Below, piece by piece: positions 1-8,321 of a stretch of 64,000 nt of DNA. This DNA comes from a virus. The position numbers were made by a program, and so were the translations under genes. How positions within the stretch are numbered: the first letter of the stretch is position 1; every line of letters starts with the position of its first letter. The stretch spans positions 1-64,000 of IMG/VR virus record IMGVR_UViG_3300036828_000547. The stretch is one strand, 5' to 3'. The notes under the pieces are model-generated. The model did no database searches and was not told the DNA's origin. It saw only the letters and a list, made by a program, of their open reading frames with translations.

Positions 1-123
1 ACCTATCAGACAACTGAGACTTCAAAAACCGATTTTATATTGAGATCCAAAACCAGACCCTACCCCAATACCTCCGGTCCCCAGTCCACTCCCCAAAAAC
101 CGAGAACCCCTCCCCCCGTACCC

Positions 124-453
124 TTATTCTACTCTCTTATACCAAACCCAATGACGATCGTCGCCCTTTCCTAACACCCGGCATCTCCATCTGTGCCGGA
201 CACACCAGTCTTCCATCTCACCAAATGGTTCGACAATGACCGGCGTCAATCCATCTTGTTGCACTCGTGCAAGAAGACGGGTAAAAGCTCCCGTGTGGGG
301 ATGTCGTGCGTCTAAAATCACAAATCGCACTCGATCACCATCACGGGAGATAATAGTTCCTGGCAGCCAATCATCACCGGCATAGTCGTCGGTGACGATC
401 GTATACCCTCGCTTCAACTCGCCTTGTATTAAAATCTGGCTCCATCGCTGCAT
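124..453 (-). CDS. hypothetical protein, weak GNAT-like segment
   Basis: 109-aa ORF; HPHTGAFTRLLARV loosely resembles GNAT motif A. Confidence 0.55.
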   Translation of the reverse strand: MQRWSQILIQGELKRGYTIVTDDYAGDDWLPGTIISRDGDRVRFVILDARHPHTGAFTRLLARVQQDGLTPVIVEPFGEMEDWCVRHRWRCRVLGKGDDRHWVWYKRVE

Positions 454-461
454 GAAGACTT

Positions 462-854
462 TCAGTCCTTAAACCCTTCCCACTCCCAAGCCCAGTCCTG
501 GATGGCACGGGTAAGGAATTCTGGACTTAGCCCTGAGTCCTTACCCGCTTCTACCCCATTCTTAAGCTTCTCAGCTATCCCAGCACCCATCGTTATAGCT
601 TCTCGGTAAGGTAGCGCCACAATCAATTCCGCAATTCGTTGGTTGCGGGTACGGGTTGCTGTCTCTGGTTCCCTGTAGGTGTTCATCGGGACCTCGGCCA
701 TCCTTTGTTCAACCATCTTCTCTACCACTTGCCGGACCTGCTGCGGAGCGTACCCTCTAATCTCTTCCAACGGGTCCGTCTCAGGGTCTTCGATGCTTTC
801 CAGTAAGCGGCCCATGAATTGCCGCGATCCAGGCTTTAGGTTTCCGTTAGTCAT
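462..854 (-). CDS. hypothetical protein
   Basis: start re-called to ATG 854 (MTNGNLK), preceded by AAAGGA. Confidence 0.7.
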   Translation of the reverse strand: MTNGNLKPGSRQFMGRLLESIEDPETDPLEEIRGYAPQQVRQVVEKMVEQRMAEVPMNTYREPETATRTRNQRIAELIVALPYREAITMGAGIAEKLKNGVEAGKDSGLSPEFLTRAIQDWAWEWEGFKD

Positions 855-922
855 TATGTATTCCTTTTGTGATTGTAACAATCTGTGTAGTCCGTAATTG
901 CTTCTTTTTCCTTGTACCCCCC

Positions 923-952
923 TTGTCATTGGCATACTAGCTGTGGTATGAG
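923..952 (+). promoter_or_regulatory. putative sigma70-type promoter upstream of the terS candidate
   Basis: TTGTCA-18nt-TATGAG with TGTGG extended -10. Confidence 0.4.
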
Positions 953-1049
953 TCAAACGACTCACGGCGGACGAAGTGCTAGAGCCACGTTCGCAGTCTT
1001 ATCCTCCGGTGTTCCTCCGGTAGTGCTGCTGCATTGATTAGATAATGCC

Positions 1050-1370
1050 TTGGCAAAGAATCCAGAATCAGAAATCCTTGGGCCTGAATCCCTTGAACCT
1101 GCATACAATGCCCCTGGATTATCCCCACAGGATTTCCTGGTCGCTGTGTACAGTGACAAGCGGCTTCCGATGGCCTCACGCATCGACGCCGCGTCAAAGG
1201 TTTCCGTATACATGCATCCCCGGCTAGCACAGGTCACGCAAGATATCACAGCGGGTATCACCATTCGCATCGAGGGTGGTCTTCCTGCATTGCCGGGAAC
1301 GGACATTATCATGCCTGATAACGAGAAAAGCCCTCTACCGGCTAAGGGCAATGGTAAGGATTCTACCTGA
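1050..1370 (+). CDS. putative terminase small subunit
   Basis: SPQDFLVAVYSD..P...RIDAASKVSVYMHPRLA motif recalled from TerS-like proteins; lies upstream of terL; TTG start. Confidence 0.55.
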   Translation: MAKNPESEILGPESLEPAYNAPGLSPQDFLVAVYSDKRLPMASRIDAASKVSVYMHPRLAQVTQDITAGITIRIEGGLPALPGTDIIMPDNEKSPLPAKGNGKDST

Positions 1371-1650
1371 TCTTGTGGACTCCTCTCGTGTTTGGGTGCA
1401 GGTCTAACACACGCGGCTCATCGTCATCTACTATGTTTATGATGATGTTAAACCCTTCGTCCTCTTCCGGTGCTCTGCGGGCGTTCAACCACTGGTCCCC
1501 CAACCATGCGAAGGGCATGAGCGCGGCTATCACGGCTATAGCGGCCCAAGATCCGATCATCACAACCAGCAATCCAATCCAATAAACAAAGAGGATGGCA
1601 AATCGGATAACGGCAAATGCTAGGATTGCAACTAATATGATGGTAATCAC
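1363..1650 (-). CDS. hypothetical membrane protein
   Basis: long hydrophobic N-terminus; 4-nt overlap with the upstream gene. Confidence 0.65.
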   Translation of the reverse strand: MITIILVAILAFAVIRFAILFVYWIGLLVVMIGSWAAIAVIAALMPFAWLGDQWLNARRAPEEDEGFNIIINIVDDDEPRVLDLHPNTRGVHKIR

Positions 1651-1832
1651 TCTTCGCTCCTATTAAGGGTCTTGCCATCCTTATCCAACACGAACCGTAT
1701 CGGCTTATCCACTCTCTTGCTGAGCCGATACCCAAAGTACAAAACAGCGAAAGCCACCGCAGTCAAAGCAAGCGTTTGCTCTGTATAGTTATAGAGCAAG
1801 AGAAAATACAATGAGACAGGATTTGGTCTCAT
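1647..1832 (-). CDS. small membrane protein
   Basis: one TM segment; AAGGAG RBS; ATGA overlap. Confidence 0.65.
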   Translation of the reverse strand: MRPNPVSLYFLLLYNYTEQTLALTAVAFAVLYFGYRLSKRVDKPIRFVLDKDGKTLNRSEE

Positions 1833-2008
1833 AGCTCCTTCTCTCGCTTAACTTGATTGTCCACCCAAGCTAGAGCCATGTCATAACTTTCGGTCTTGGC
1901 GACTACTTCACCTACGGAATTGAGAATCCAATAGCCACGATGCGTTGGGCTAAAGTCAATTACATAAGTGTGGTAGACGTCTAGGAAATCGGGGTCAGAT
2001 TTCTCCAT
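1829..2008 (-). CDS. hypothetical protein (59 aa, not in the ORF track)
   Basis: manual translation MEKSDPDFLDVYHTYVIDFSPTHRGYWILNSVGEVV...KEL*; fills the gap with an ATGA overlap. Confidence 0.6.
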   Translation of the reverse strand: MEKSDPDFLDVYHTYVIDFSPTHRGYWILNSVGEVVAKTESYDMALAWVDNQVKREKEL

Positions 2009-2011
2009 GTG

Positions 2012-2266
2012 TCACCTGCGACGGTCGGTTGGGACCAATTGGTCGGTGGATGTGCGCCAGTTCGCGGCGATATCCGTACCGGCAGACACGCCAGCCCAAG
2101 TCTGCCCCGGTTCGACCACGGTGTCAATGTACTCGGCCATTGCCCGGTTACTGTACGACCAGATGAAATAATAGTTGCCCTTCTTGATGGCGTACAGGGT
2201 CTGGTTAGGTTGAACGTTAGTCCCGCGCACATGACGTTTGGCTTTTGAGCGGTATTCGATAATCAT
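2012..2266 (-). CDS. hypothetical protein
   Basis: start re-called to MIIEYRSK, downstream of the promoter at 2310-2338. Confidence 0.6.
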   Translation of the reverse strand: MIIEYRSKAKRHVRGTNVQPNQTLYAIKKGNYYFIWSYSNRAMAEYIDTVVEPGQTWAGVSAGTDIAANWRTSTDQLVPTDRRR

Positions 2267-2301
2267 GGGTATAACCTTTTGTTTGAGTTGAGAATTAACC
2301 T

Positions 2302-2338
2302 TGTAAAGCATTATAACAGGTGGCGGTTTGGAATGCAA
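2302..2338 (-). promoter_or_regulatory. sigma70-type promoter followed by a GCTTTACA box
   Basis: TTGCAT-17-TATAAT then GCTTTACA. Confidence 0.7.
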
Positions 2339-2361
2339 GGCTGAAGCAATAGGAGCCTAGT

Positions 2362-2598
2362 ATGGCAAAGAGATCGAACACCACGGAACAAGAAGAGGAA
2401 CAAGTTGTGGCAGACGAACCAGTAGTCATCGAATCTTCGGTAGAGTCCCATCCCTCAACAGACTTTGTCCAGACCCCTGTTCTACTTCCCCTATATTCCA
2501 ATCTCATGGACAGAGGCTATCAGCTCACCCGTGCTGGTCATTTCTATCAGAAAAAAGTACAAGAGATGATGAGGTCTCTTGGTAAAAAGAGATACTGA
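2362..2598 (+). CDS. hypothetical protein
   Basis: AGGAG RBS; TGATG overlap with terL. Confidence 0.7.
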   Translation: MAKRSNTTEQEEEQVVADEPVVIESSVESHPSTDFVQTPVLLPLYSNLMDRGYQLTRAGHFYQKKVQEMMRSLGKKRY

Positions 2599-3887
2599 TG
2601 AATATCCACGTTTCCGAACCTAAGACTATTCATCTGCCTCGGTTTCATGATGGACAAGTGGAAGCATTCAATGTTCCTGCCCGGTTCAAGGCTCTGCGAT
2701 GCGGACGACGGTGGGGCAAGACTCAGTTTCTGAAAACGATAGCGTGCGATTTTGCGGCCAAAGGTGCTCAAGTCGGTTGGTTTGTTCCAAACTATCGTTA
2801 TGCATCTGAAGCCTACTCTGAGACTGAATTTACACTGGAACCGGCAGTCAAGTCTAGTTCCAAAAATCTTGGTATCATTCATACAACGACTGGTGGCCGG
2901 ATTGAACTATGGACGTTGGAAGATGAAAAGGCAGGTCGGTCTCGTCGATATCACCTAGCTATCATTGATGAGGCCGCGTTCACTAAAAGAAATACGATTG
3001 ATATTTGGACCAAAGCCATACGGCCGACATTGTTGGATTTTCGTGGTGCTGCGATCATTGCTTCAAATACCAACGGTATCAACGAGGATAATTTTTTCTG
3101 GCGAATTTGTAACTTACCGGAATATGGATTTGTTGAATATCACGCTCCTTCTCATAGCAATCCATTCCTCCCTGCGGATGAGTTAGAACGTCTCGAGCAT
3201 GATAATCACCCGCTCGTGTACGCGCAGGAGTATATGGCGGAGTTTGTTGATTGGTCTGGTGAAGCATTTTTCTCATTAAATAATTTGCTGACCGAAGGTA
3301 AGCCAGAGCCATTTCCATCTCGTTGTTTATATGTCTTTGCGACCTTGGATACTGCTGTAAAAACAGGAAAAGAAAACGATGGCACAGGCGTCATCTATTG
3401 GGCCTATGAGCAATTGGGGGATGAGAAATGGCTTAAAATCATTGACTATGAATACTTACAAATTGAAGGTTCCGTGCTCGAGCTCTGGTTGCCCGTTGTT
3501 TATCGAAATTTGGACGAGTATGCCACTGCCTGTGGAGCTCGTTTGGGTAGCAAGGGATGTCTTATCGAAGATAAAGCATCAGGATCTATACTTATCCAAC
3601 AAGCTCGAAGACGAAATTTACCCGTTGGTGAACTACCCCAGAAACTGACGCAGTTAGGGAAATCAGAACGTGCGATCAACGTCAGTGGGTACGTGTTTCG
3701 TGGTCAGGTTAGAATTCTTGAAACTGCCTACAACCGCATCATAACTTACAAGCAAGTCTCAAAGAATCATTTGCTTGGACAGGTTCTAGGTTTCCGTGTT
3801 GGTGATGTCGAAGATCGGCCAGACGACCTGCTAGACTGTTTCACATACGGAGTTGCTATCTCACTCGGTAACTTTGAAGGGTACTAA
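2598..3887 (+). CDS. terL: terminase large subunit
   Basis: Walker A CGRRWGKT, Walker B IIDEAAF, QEYMAEF, nuclease motifs LDTA/IEDKASG/DDLLD. Confidence 0.95.
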   Translation: MNIHVSEPKTIHLPRFHDGQVEAFNVPARFKALRCGRRWGKTQFLKTIACDFAAKGAQVGWFVPNYRYASEAYSETEFTLEPAVKSSSKNLGIIHTTTGGRIELWTLEDEKAGRSRRYHLAIIDEAAFTKRNTIDIWTKAIRPTLLDFRGAAIIASNTNGINEDNFFWRICNLPEYGFVEYHAPSHSNPFLPADELERLEHDNHPLVYAQEYMAEFVDWSGEAFFSLNNLLTEGKPEPFPSRCLYVFATLDTAVKTGKENDGTGVIYWAYEQLGDEKWLKIIDYEYLQIEGSVLELWLPVVYRNLDEYATACGARLGSKGCLIEDKASGSILIQQARRRNLPVGELPQKLTQLGKSERAINVSGYVFRGQVRILETAYNRIITYKQVSKNHLLGQVLGFRVGDVEDRPDDLLDCFTYGVAISLGNFEGY

Positions 3888-3908
3888 CTCATCATTGGAG
3901 TAAAGCCC

Positions 3909-4115
3909 ATGATGACAGGTGACAGAGTCAAGTTAAATGGCGTCACGGCCAAGACGATGAGTAAATTGAGCCGAGGTTCACACAAGGTTGATTGGTGTAA
4001 ACGTCGTGGCACCATAGCCGAAGTCAGAAAAAATGGGACTTGTGGCATTCGTTGGGATGGTCGAAGTTCACTAGATTACTACGCGCCTCGGGCATTGGTA
4101 AAAGGTGATAAATGA
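3909..4115 (+). CDS. hypothetical basic protein (SH3/KOW-like pattern)
   Basis: GDRVKL...RGTIAEV...GIRWDG; GGAG RBS. Confidence 0.6.
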   Translation: MMTGDRVKLNGVTAKTMSKLSRGSHKVDWCKRRGTIAEVRKNGTCGIRWDGRSSLDYYAPRALVKGDK

Positions 4116-4132
4116 AGCTCCTCCCTAAACTA

Positions 4133-4160
4133 GCGCGGTTAAAGAGCCGCGCGCTTCTTT
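4133..4160 (+). terminator. intrinsic terminator-like hairpin preceded by CTCCTCCC
   Basis: GCGCGGTT-AAAG-AGCCGCGC then GCTTCTTT. Confidence 0.5.
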
Positions 4161-4170
4161 GGAGGATACC

Positions 4171-4401
4171 ATGGCTAGAAAGATAGTAAAGATCAAAGCA
4201 GCTAAGAAAGTAAGGGCCAAGAAGACTCTTATCATACCTTGGGAATATCTTCTTGTAGAAGTAGTAGCATCAGATATTCAAACACTCCAAGACAAATGTA
4301 ATGAAGTAGGAATGGAAGGTTGGAATCTTCTTTTTTCTACTCCTGTTACTGGTCCGCCTGAAGCTGAAAGAATGTGGTTTACGCGACCTAAGGAAACCTG
4401 A
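4171..4401 (+). CDS. hypothetical protein, DUF4177-like
   Basis: WEY....L...CNEVGMEGWNL pattern; GGAGG RBS. Confidence 0.6.
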   Translation: MARKIVKIKAAKKVRAKKTLIIPWEYLLVEVVASDIQTLQDKCNEVGMEGWNLLFSTPVTGPPEAERMWFTRPKET

Positions 4402-4403
4402 TC

Positions 4404-5012
4404 ATGGCTATAACCACACTCAGTTATGATTATGAGTCTTTTGGCGGCGATCCACCGGCTGGATGTTGCTATCAGACCACTAGTCAGCCTAATCTGGTTT
4501 TGTTCAGTTACACTGATAATCAGGCTGTTCCTGTTGATCAGACAACATTTTTACAGTCAGTGGTTGTCGATGACCAAATAACCGTGAATGGTGTTACTTG
4601 GATTATTACTGCTGTTCAACAAAGCACTGATTCTGTTACATTTACTGTTGATCCAGCCGTGGATGCTCCACCGCTTGGAGCAAGTGATTTTAGTTTTAGT
4701 CAAGCTGGTCAGGCTCCAAACATTACGTCAGTTACAGTAACTGATGTTGATGAAGGTACTACGATTGCGACGAATGGCTTATTGTTCAGTGTTCAGTTTG
4801 TAACTGCCCAGTCTGGTGATTATCATGACACTTTCTCATTGGTTGATGATTCCGCCGGGGAAGTTCCTTTGTTTAGTATGCATCCCGCCGTGCAGTATAT
4901 CTCCCCCGGTGCGATTTATCCCATTAGTGGTCATCCTTTTGGGAATCTAACGGTAAAAAGTATTCCTCAGGGTAGTTCATTCACCATTGAGTACAGTCCA
5001 CAAGGAGTTTGA
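4404..5012 (+). CDS. putative virion beta-sandwich protein (paralog 1 of 3)
   Basis: Thr/Ser/Val rich; C-terminal domain similar to the ORFs at 5015 and 5649. Confidence 0.6.
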   Translation: MAITTLSYDYESFGGDPPAGCCYQTTSQPNLVLFSYTDNQAVPVDQTTFLQSVVVDDQITVNGVTWIITAVQQSTDSVTFTVDPAVDAPPLGASDFSFSQAGQAPNITSVTVTDVDEGTTIATNGLLFSVQFVTAQSGDYHDTFSLVDDSAGEVPLFSMHPAVQYISPGAIYPISGHPFGNLTVKSIPQGSSFTIEYSPQGV

Positions 5013-5014
5013 TC

Positions 5015-5389
5015 ATGGCAGATAAACCAGAAACACAGGCCGATGCGCCGGAACAATTTGTTCATGGAGCTAAACCTATTACTGGAGCTCTGGTAGGGAC
5101 CGTACTTGATACCAATGGAACTATTAATCAGATCCTTTATACAGGACCTCCTACATCGTATGAAATACCACAGTTTGATCCAGGTTCTGGATTGCCGACG
5201 AAGGGTTATTTCACATTAATCGATACAGGCTTTACGCCACCTGTAGTTCTCTTCAGTACCAATGGTCATAATAATGGTGCCCATTCACCTCATGCCACGC
5301 ATAAAATGGCTGGATACCTGATACCGTTTATAAGTCTCGTACTCCAGTCATGCCCCGCTGGAGCAACTTATTCAGTCACAACGCAGTGA
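5015..5389 (+). CDS. putative virion beta-sandwich protein (paralog 2 of 3)
   Basis: AAGGAG RBS; shared motif with neighbours. Confidence 0.6.
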   Translation: MADKPETQADAPEQFVHGAKPITGALVGTVLDTNGTINQILYTGPPTSYEIPQFDPGSGLPTKGYFTLIDTGFTPPVVLFSTNGHNNGAHSPHATHKMAGYLIPFISLVLQSCPAGATYSVTTQ

Positions 5390-5401
5390 GGCTATCTGAT
5401 T

Positions 5402-5656
5402 ATGGCTATATTTTCTATTATCATAGAAGACGCCATATTGAAAGCTCCTGGTATTGTAATATATGACAACCGGCGCGTTGAATCTATTGATGCTGATGAT
5501 TTGAATGATGCTTGGATGCAAGCCAGACGCAAGTATAATATTCAAAGGGCCGAACCCAACACTCAAATCGTAGATATTAAGCCAGGAACAGTCGTTCTCC
5601 AAGAGGAACCTCAGACAGAACCAACCCTCCCACTTCAGAGTGAAGAAAATGGCTGA
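5402..5656 (+). CDS. hypothetical protein
   Basis: GAGG RBS; ORF within the operon. Confidence 0.65.
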   Translation: MAIFSIIIEDAILKAPGIVIYDNRRVESIDADDLNDAWMQARRKYNIQRAEPNTQIVDIKPGTVVLQEEPQTEPTLPLQSEENG

Positions 5657-6038
5657 TAAAACTCCAGCACCATTAGTTGTGACTCCATATACAGTGAATG
5701 CTGCTAGTGTTGGGACAGCTCTGGTAGCTGTCGCTGGAACTATCAGTGCTTTTACTCTAACTCAACCCACAGCTACAGCCACGGATGATTTAACTCCATT
5801 GACTCTAGTTGATGCTGCCGCAGCTCCTACCCCCACTTCACTTCCTCCCCGTGTTTTATATTCAGCAAGTTTGAGGGCATTGGCTTGTGAAAATGAGCCA
5901 AGACCAGGAGTTGCTCTTACTCCCGGCATGACTGCTCCGACTTGGCCGAAGAGTCTTAGCTCAATTCCTATTCCATTTTCAAATGGATGTTTCGTTAAGA
6001 GTTGTCCAGCTAACGTGACATTTACGGTCTCAATTTAA
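5649..6038 (+). CDS. putative virion beta-sandwich protein (paralog 3 of 3)
   Basis: shared motif; TAATG overlap with portal. Confidence 0.6.
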   Translation: MADKTPAPLVVTPYTVNAASVGTALVAVAGTISAFTLTQPTATATDDLTPLTLVDAAAAPTPTSLPPRVLYSASLRALACENEPRPGVALTPGMTAPTWPKSLSSIPIPFSNGCFVKSCPANVTFTVSI

Positions 6039-7567
6039 TGGCATCAATCGCTTCACCTGGAATTGGTACAGCCCCCGGCAATGCTCTTCAAGAGCTGTTG
6101 GTGGCACCTGATATTGTACCTGGAGATGTTATATCATATGAAACTTGTAAAGAAATCTATCTTTATCATCCATTAGGCGCACGTATTGCTGAGGGGCCGG
6201 TGAGTTTAGCACTCTCGCAAAAACGTGAGGTCAAAATTCCCAATAGTCCAGCAGAACATTGTGCTGACGCTTTTCAAGATGAATGGAGAAATATAGGGGC
6301 TGACTATCTCGTTCACAACCTTATGACTGTTAGTCGTATCTATGGTATAGGATCCATAGCACTTTTGGTTGATGGAGTAACGAGCAATGAACCTATTGAT
6401 TACTGGGATCTCCCTGAGCTTAATTTTAGTTTCAACATCTTGGATCCTCTTAATACTGCTGGTAGCCTTGTTTTGAACCAGAATCCTAATGCCATGGACT
6501 TTATGAAATATCGGCAAATCGCCGTGAGTGGTACTCTTTATCATGCCTCTCGTACTGTCACGGTGACTAATGAAAAGCCTATTTATCTGGGGTACACTAC
6601 TTCTGCTTTTGGTTTTGTTGGTCGGAGTTCTTATCAGCGTGCGTTCTATCCCCTCAAATCTTATATTAAATCATTAATCGCAGATGATCTTGTGGAAACC
6701 AAAGTCGGCGTTTTGGTAGCGAAGATTAAACAACCCGGCAATTTCGTCGATAATATCATGTCATGGGCGGCGGCTTACAAACGTTCTATCGTTAAGGAAG
6801 CAGAAACTGGCAATGTAATCAATGTTACACCGGACGAAGGCGTTGAATCTCTGAATATGCAAAACTTGGAGGGTCCGCATGTCCTCGCACGACGTAATAT
6901 ACTTGAAAACATCGCAAATGCGACCGACATGCCAGTCAAACTTCTCACTCAGGAAAGTTTCGCCGAGGGATTCGGCGAAGGTTCTGAAGATGCCAAAGCG
7001 GTCGCCAGATATATTGACCGAATGCGTGAAACTATGGATCCTATATATCGATTTTTGGACCGAATTGTTATGCACCGGGCTTGGACCCCAGAATACTTCA
7101 AGATGATACAGAAGAAGTATCCAGCAAAATACGGAAAGATGGCATATAAAGAAGCATTTTATGAGTGGGTAAATAGTTATCAAGCAGTTTGGCCTCCATA
7201 TTTGCGTGAACCTGATTCTGATCAAGTAAAAGTTGATGATACTAAGATGAAAGCTGCGATTTCTATTTACCAAATCTTGGAGTTTAGTTTTGATCCAGAA
7301 AATAAGGCTCGGTTAATTCAATGGATGGCTGACGCAATTACGAATAACAAGCTCTTGTACTCTAGTCCATTAGATTTGGACTATAAGGCGCTGCTGAGAC
7401 AACTTAAAAAAGATGATAAGCTTGCTCATGAGCAAAAAGAAGCGGGTATTGATCCCTCAAAAGATGCAGCACCTGATATTCCAAAAGTTAAGATGTCTCG
7501 TGCTGATGATGTACAGGATACACAGGTTGTAAAACTCTTGGAGCATATCCGTGGCGCTGCCAAGTGA
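6038..7567 (+). CDS. portal protein (DUF1073-like)
   Basis: 509 aa, between terL and head protease; YLYHPLGARIAEGP, FAEGFGEGSEDAK motifs. Confidence 0.85.
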   Translation: MASIASPGIGTAPGNALQELLVAPDIVPGDVISYETCKEIYLYHPLGARIAEGPVSLALSQKREVKIPNSPAEHCADAFQDEWRNIGADYLVHNLMTVSRIYGIGSIALLVDGVTSNEPIDYWDLPELNFSFNILDPLNTAGSLVLNQNPNAMDFMKYRQIAVSGTLYHASRTVTVTNEKPIYLGYTTSAFGFVGRSSYQRAFYPLKSYIKSLIADDLVETKVGVLVAKIKQPGNFVDNIMSWAAAYKRSIVKEAETGNVINVTPDEGVESLNMQNLEGPHVLARRNILENIANATDMPVKLLTQESFAEGFGEGSEDAKAVARYIDRMRETMDPIYRFLDRIVMHRAWTPEYFKMIQKKYPAKYGKMAYKEAFYEWVNSYQAVWPPYLREPDSDQVKVDDTKMKAAISIYQILEFSFDPENKARLIQWMADAITNNKLLYSSPLDLDYKALLRQLKKDDKLAHEQKEAGIDPSKDAAPDIPKVKMSRADDVQDTQVVKLLEHIRGAAK

Positions 7568-7742
7568 GGTCGTTAAGTCTTTAAGCTTTTTGCGAAGACA
7601 GTACAAGGTCTCGGAACGTGATCTGACGGCTTTGGCTAAGAAATTAACGATTAAAGAAGAGCCAGAGGAAAGCTGGGAAGAGATCACAGTTAGGTACCTT
7701 CGAAATCGACAGGGAAGATTCACCCGGCAAGGTCGTAGATGA
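7551..7742 (+). CDS. hypothetical protein
   Basis: C-terminal RNRQGRF motif; overlaps neighbours. Confidence 0.5.
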   Translation: MALPSEVVKSLSFLRRQYKVSERDLTALAKKLTIKEEPEESWEEITVRYLRNRQGRFTRQGRR

Positions 7743-7942
7743 CTAGTCGTGTATTAATTGATAATGCTTTGCGGGCGCGTGTAGTGAATCATCTTTGGGT
7801 GAATAAGACTGCTTATGTTGATCCTAGTGGTTCTACTTCTACTCTTTCTGCTAAAAGAATTAGATTTAATTATTCTTGGAAGCCAGATAAAGCTGAAGCC
7901 CATAGAATCAAACGGTTGAGTAAAGGCTATGCCTCTTACTAA
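7739..7942 (+). CDS. hypothetical basic protein
   Basis: ORF in the head operon with coupled overlaps. Confidence 0.5.
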   Translation: MTSRVLIDNALRARVVNHLWVNKTAYVDPSGSTSTLSAKRIRFNYSWKPDKAEAHRIKRLSKGYASY

Positions 7943-8321
7943 AAAAGGTCATAAGATCTTAAGCCAGATGAGGAGGCAATATGGATATGAAGAGGGTAAT
8001 CGTGTCTTCAATGCAGCTAAGAATGCAGGTAAAATCGCGGGTGTAGATGGCACCAAATCTGATGATGATCCAAAATGGAATGTTCATTTGGATACACATC
8101 CAAATAAAGACTGGAAGAGGCTAGATGATAATCAGCATATGGGATTTTCTAGTGGTCAGGCTACTAAGATTGAGGAATTAGTTGCAGATTGTGATGCATT
8201 GATCGCGCGCCTTGATGCATTTGAGAATTGGAATCACCAGAAACAACCAGAAAAGGTAAAGCCAAGGACTAAAGATTATATGCAGCCATCAAACCCGCAT
8301 CCCAAGGAAGTTAAAGAATGA
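7929..8321 (+). CDS. putative head-associated protein
   Basis: MPLTKKGHKILSQM..QYG.EEG.RVF.A.KN.GKI.GVD N-terminus recalled from phage head operons; ATGA overlap with protease. Confidence 0.65.
   Translation: MPLTKKGHKILSQMRRQYGYEEGNRVFNAAKNAGKIAGVDGTKSDDDPKWNVHLDTHPNKDWKRLDDNQHMGFSSGQATKIEELVADCDALIARLDAFENWNHQKQPEKVKPRTKDYMQPSNPHPKEVKE

Noticed and set aside
6038-7567. Possible anti-CBASS Acb1 label sometimes attached to DUF1073 proteins
   Set aside because: Size, position and motifs fit a portal; no paired HxT/S phosphodiesterase motifs recognised.
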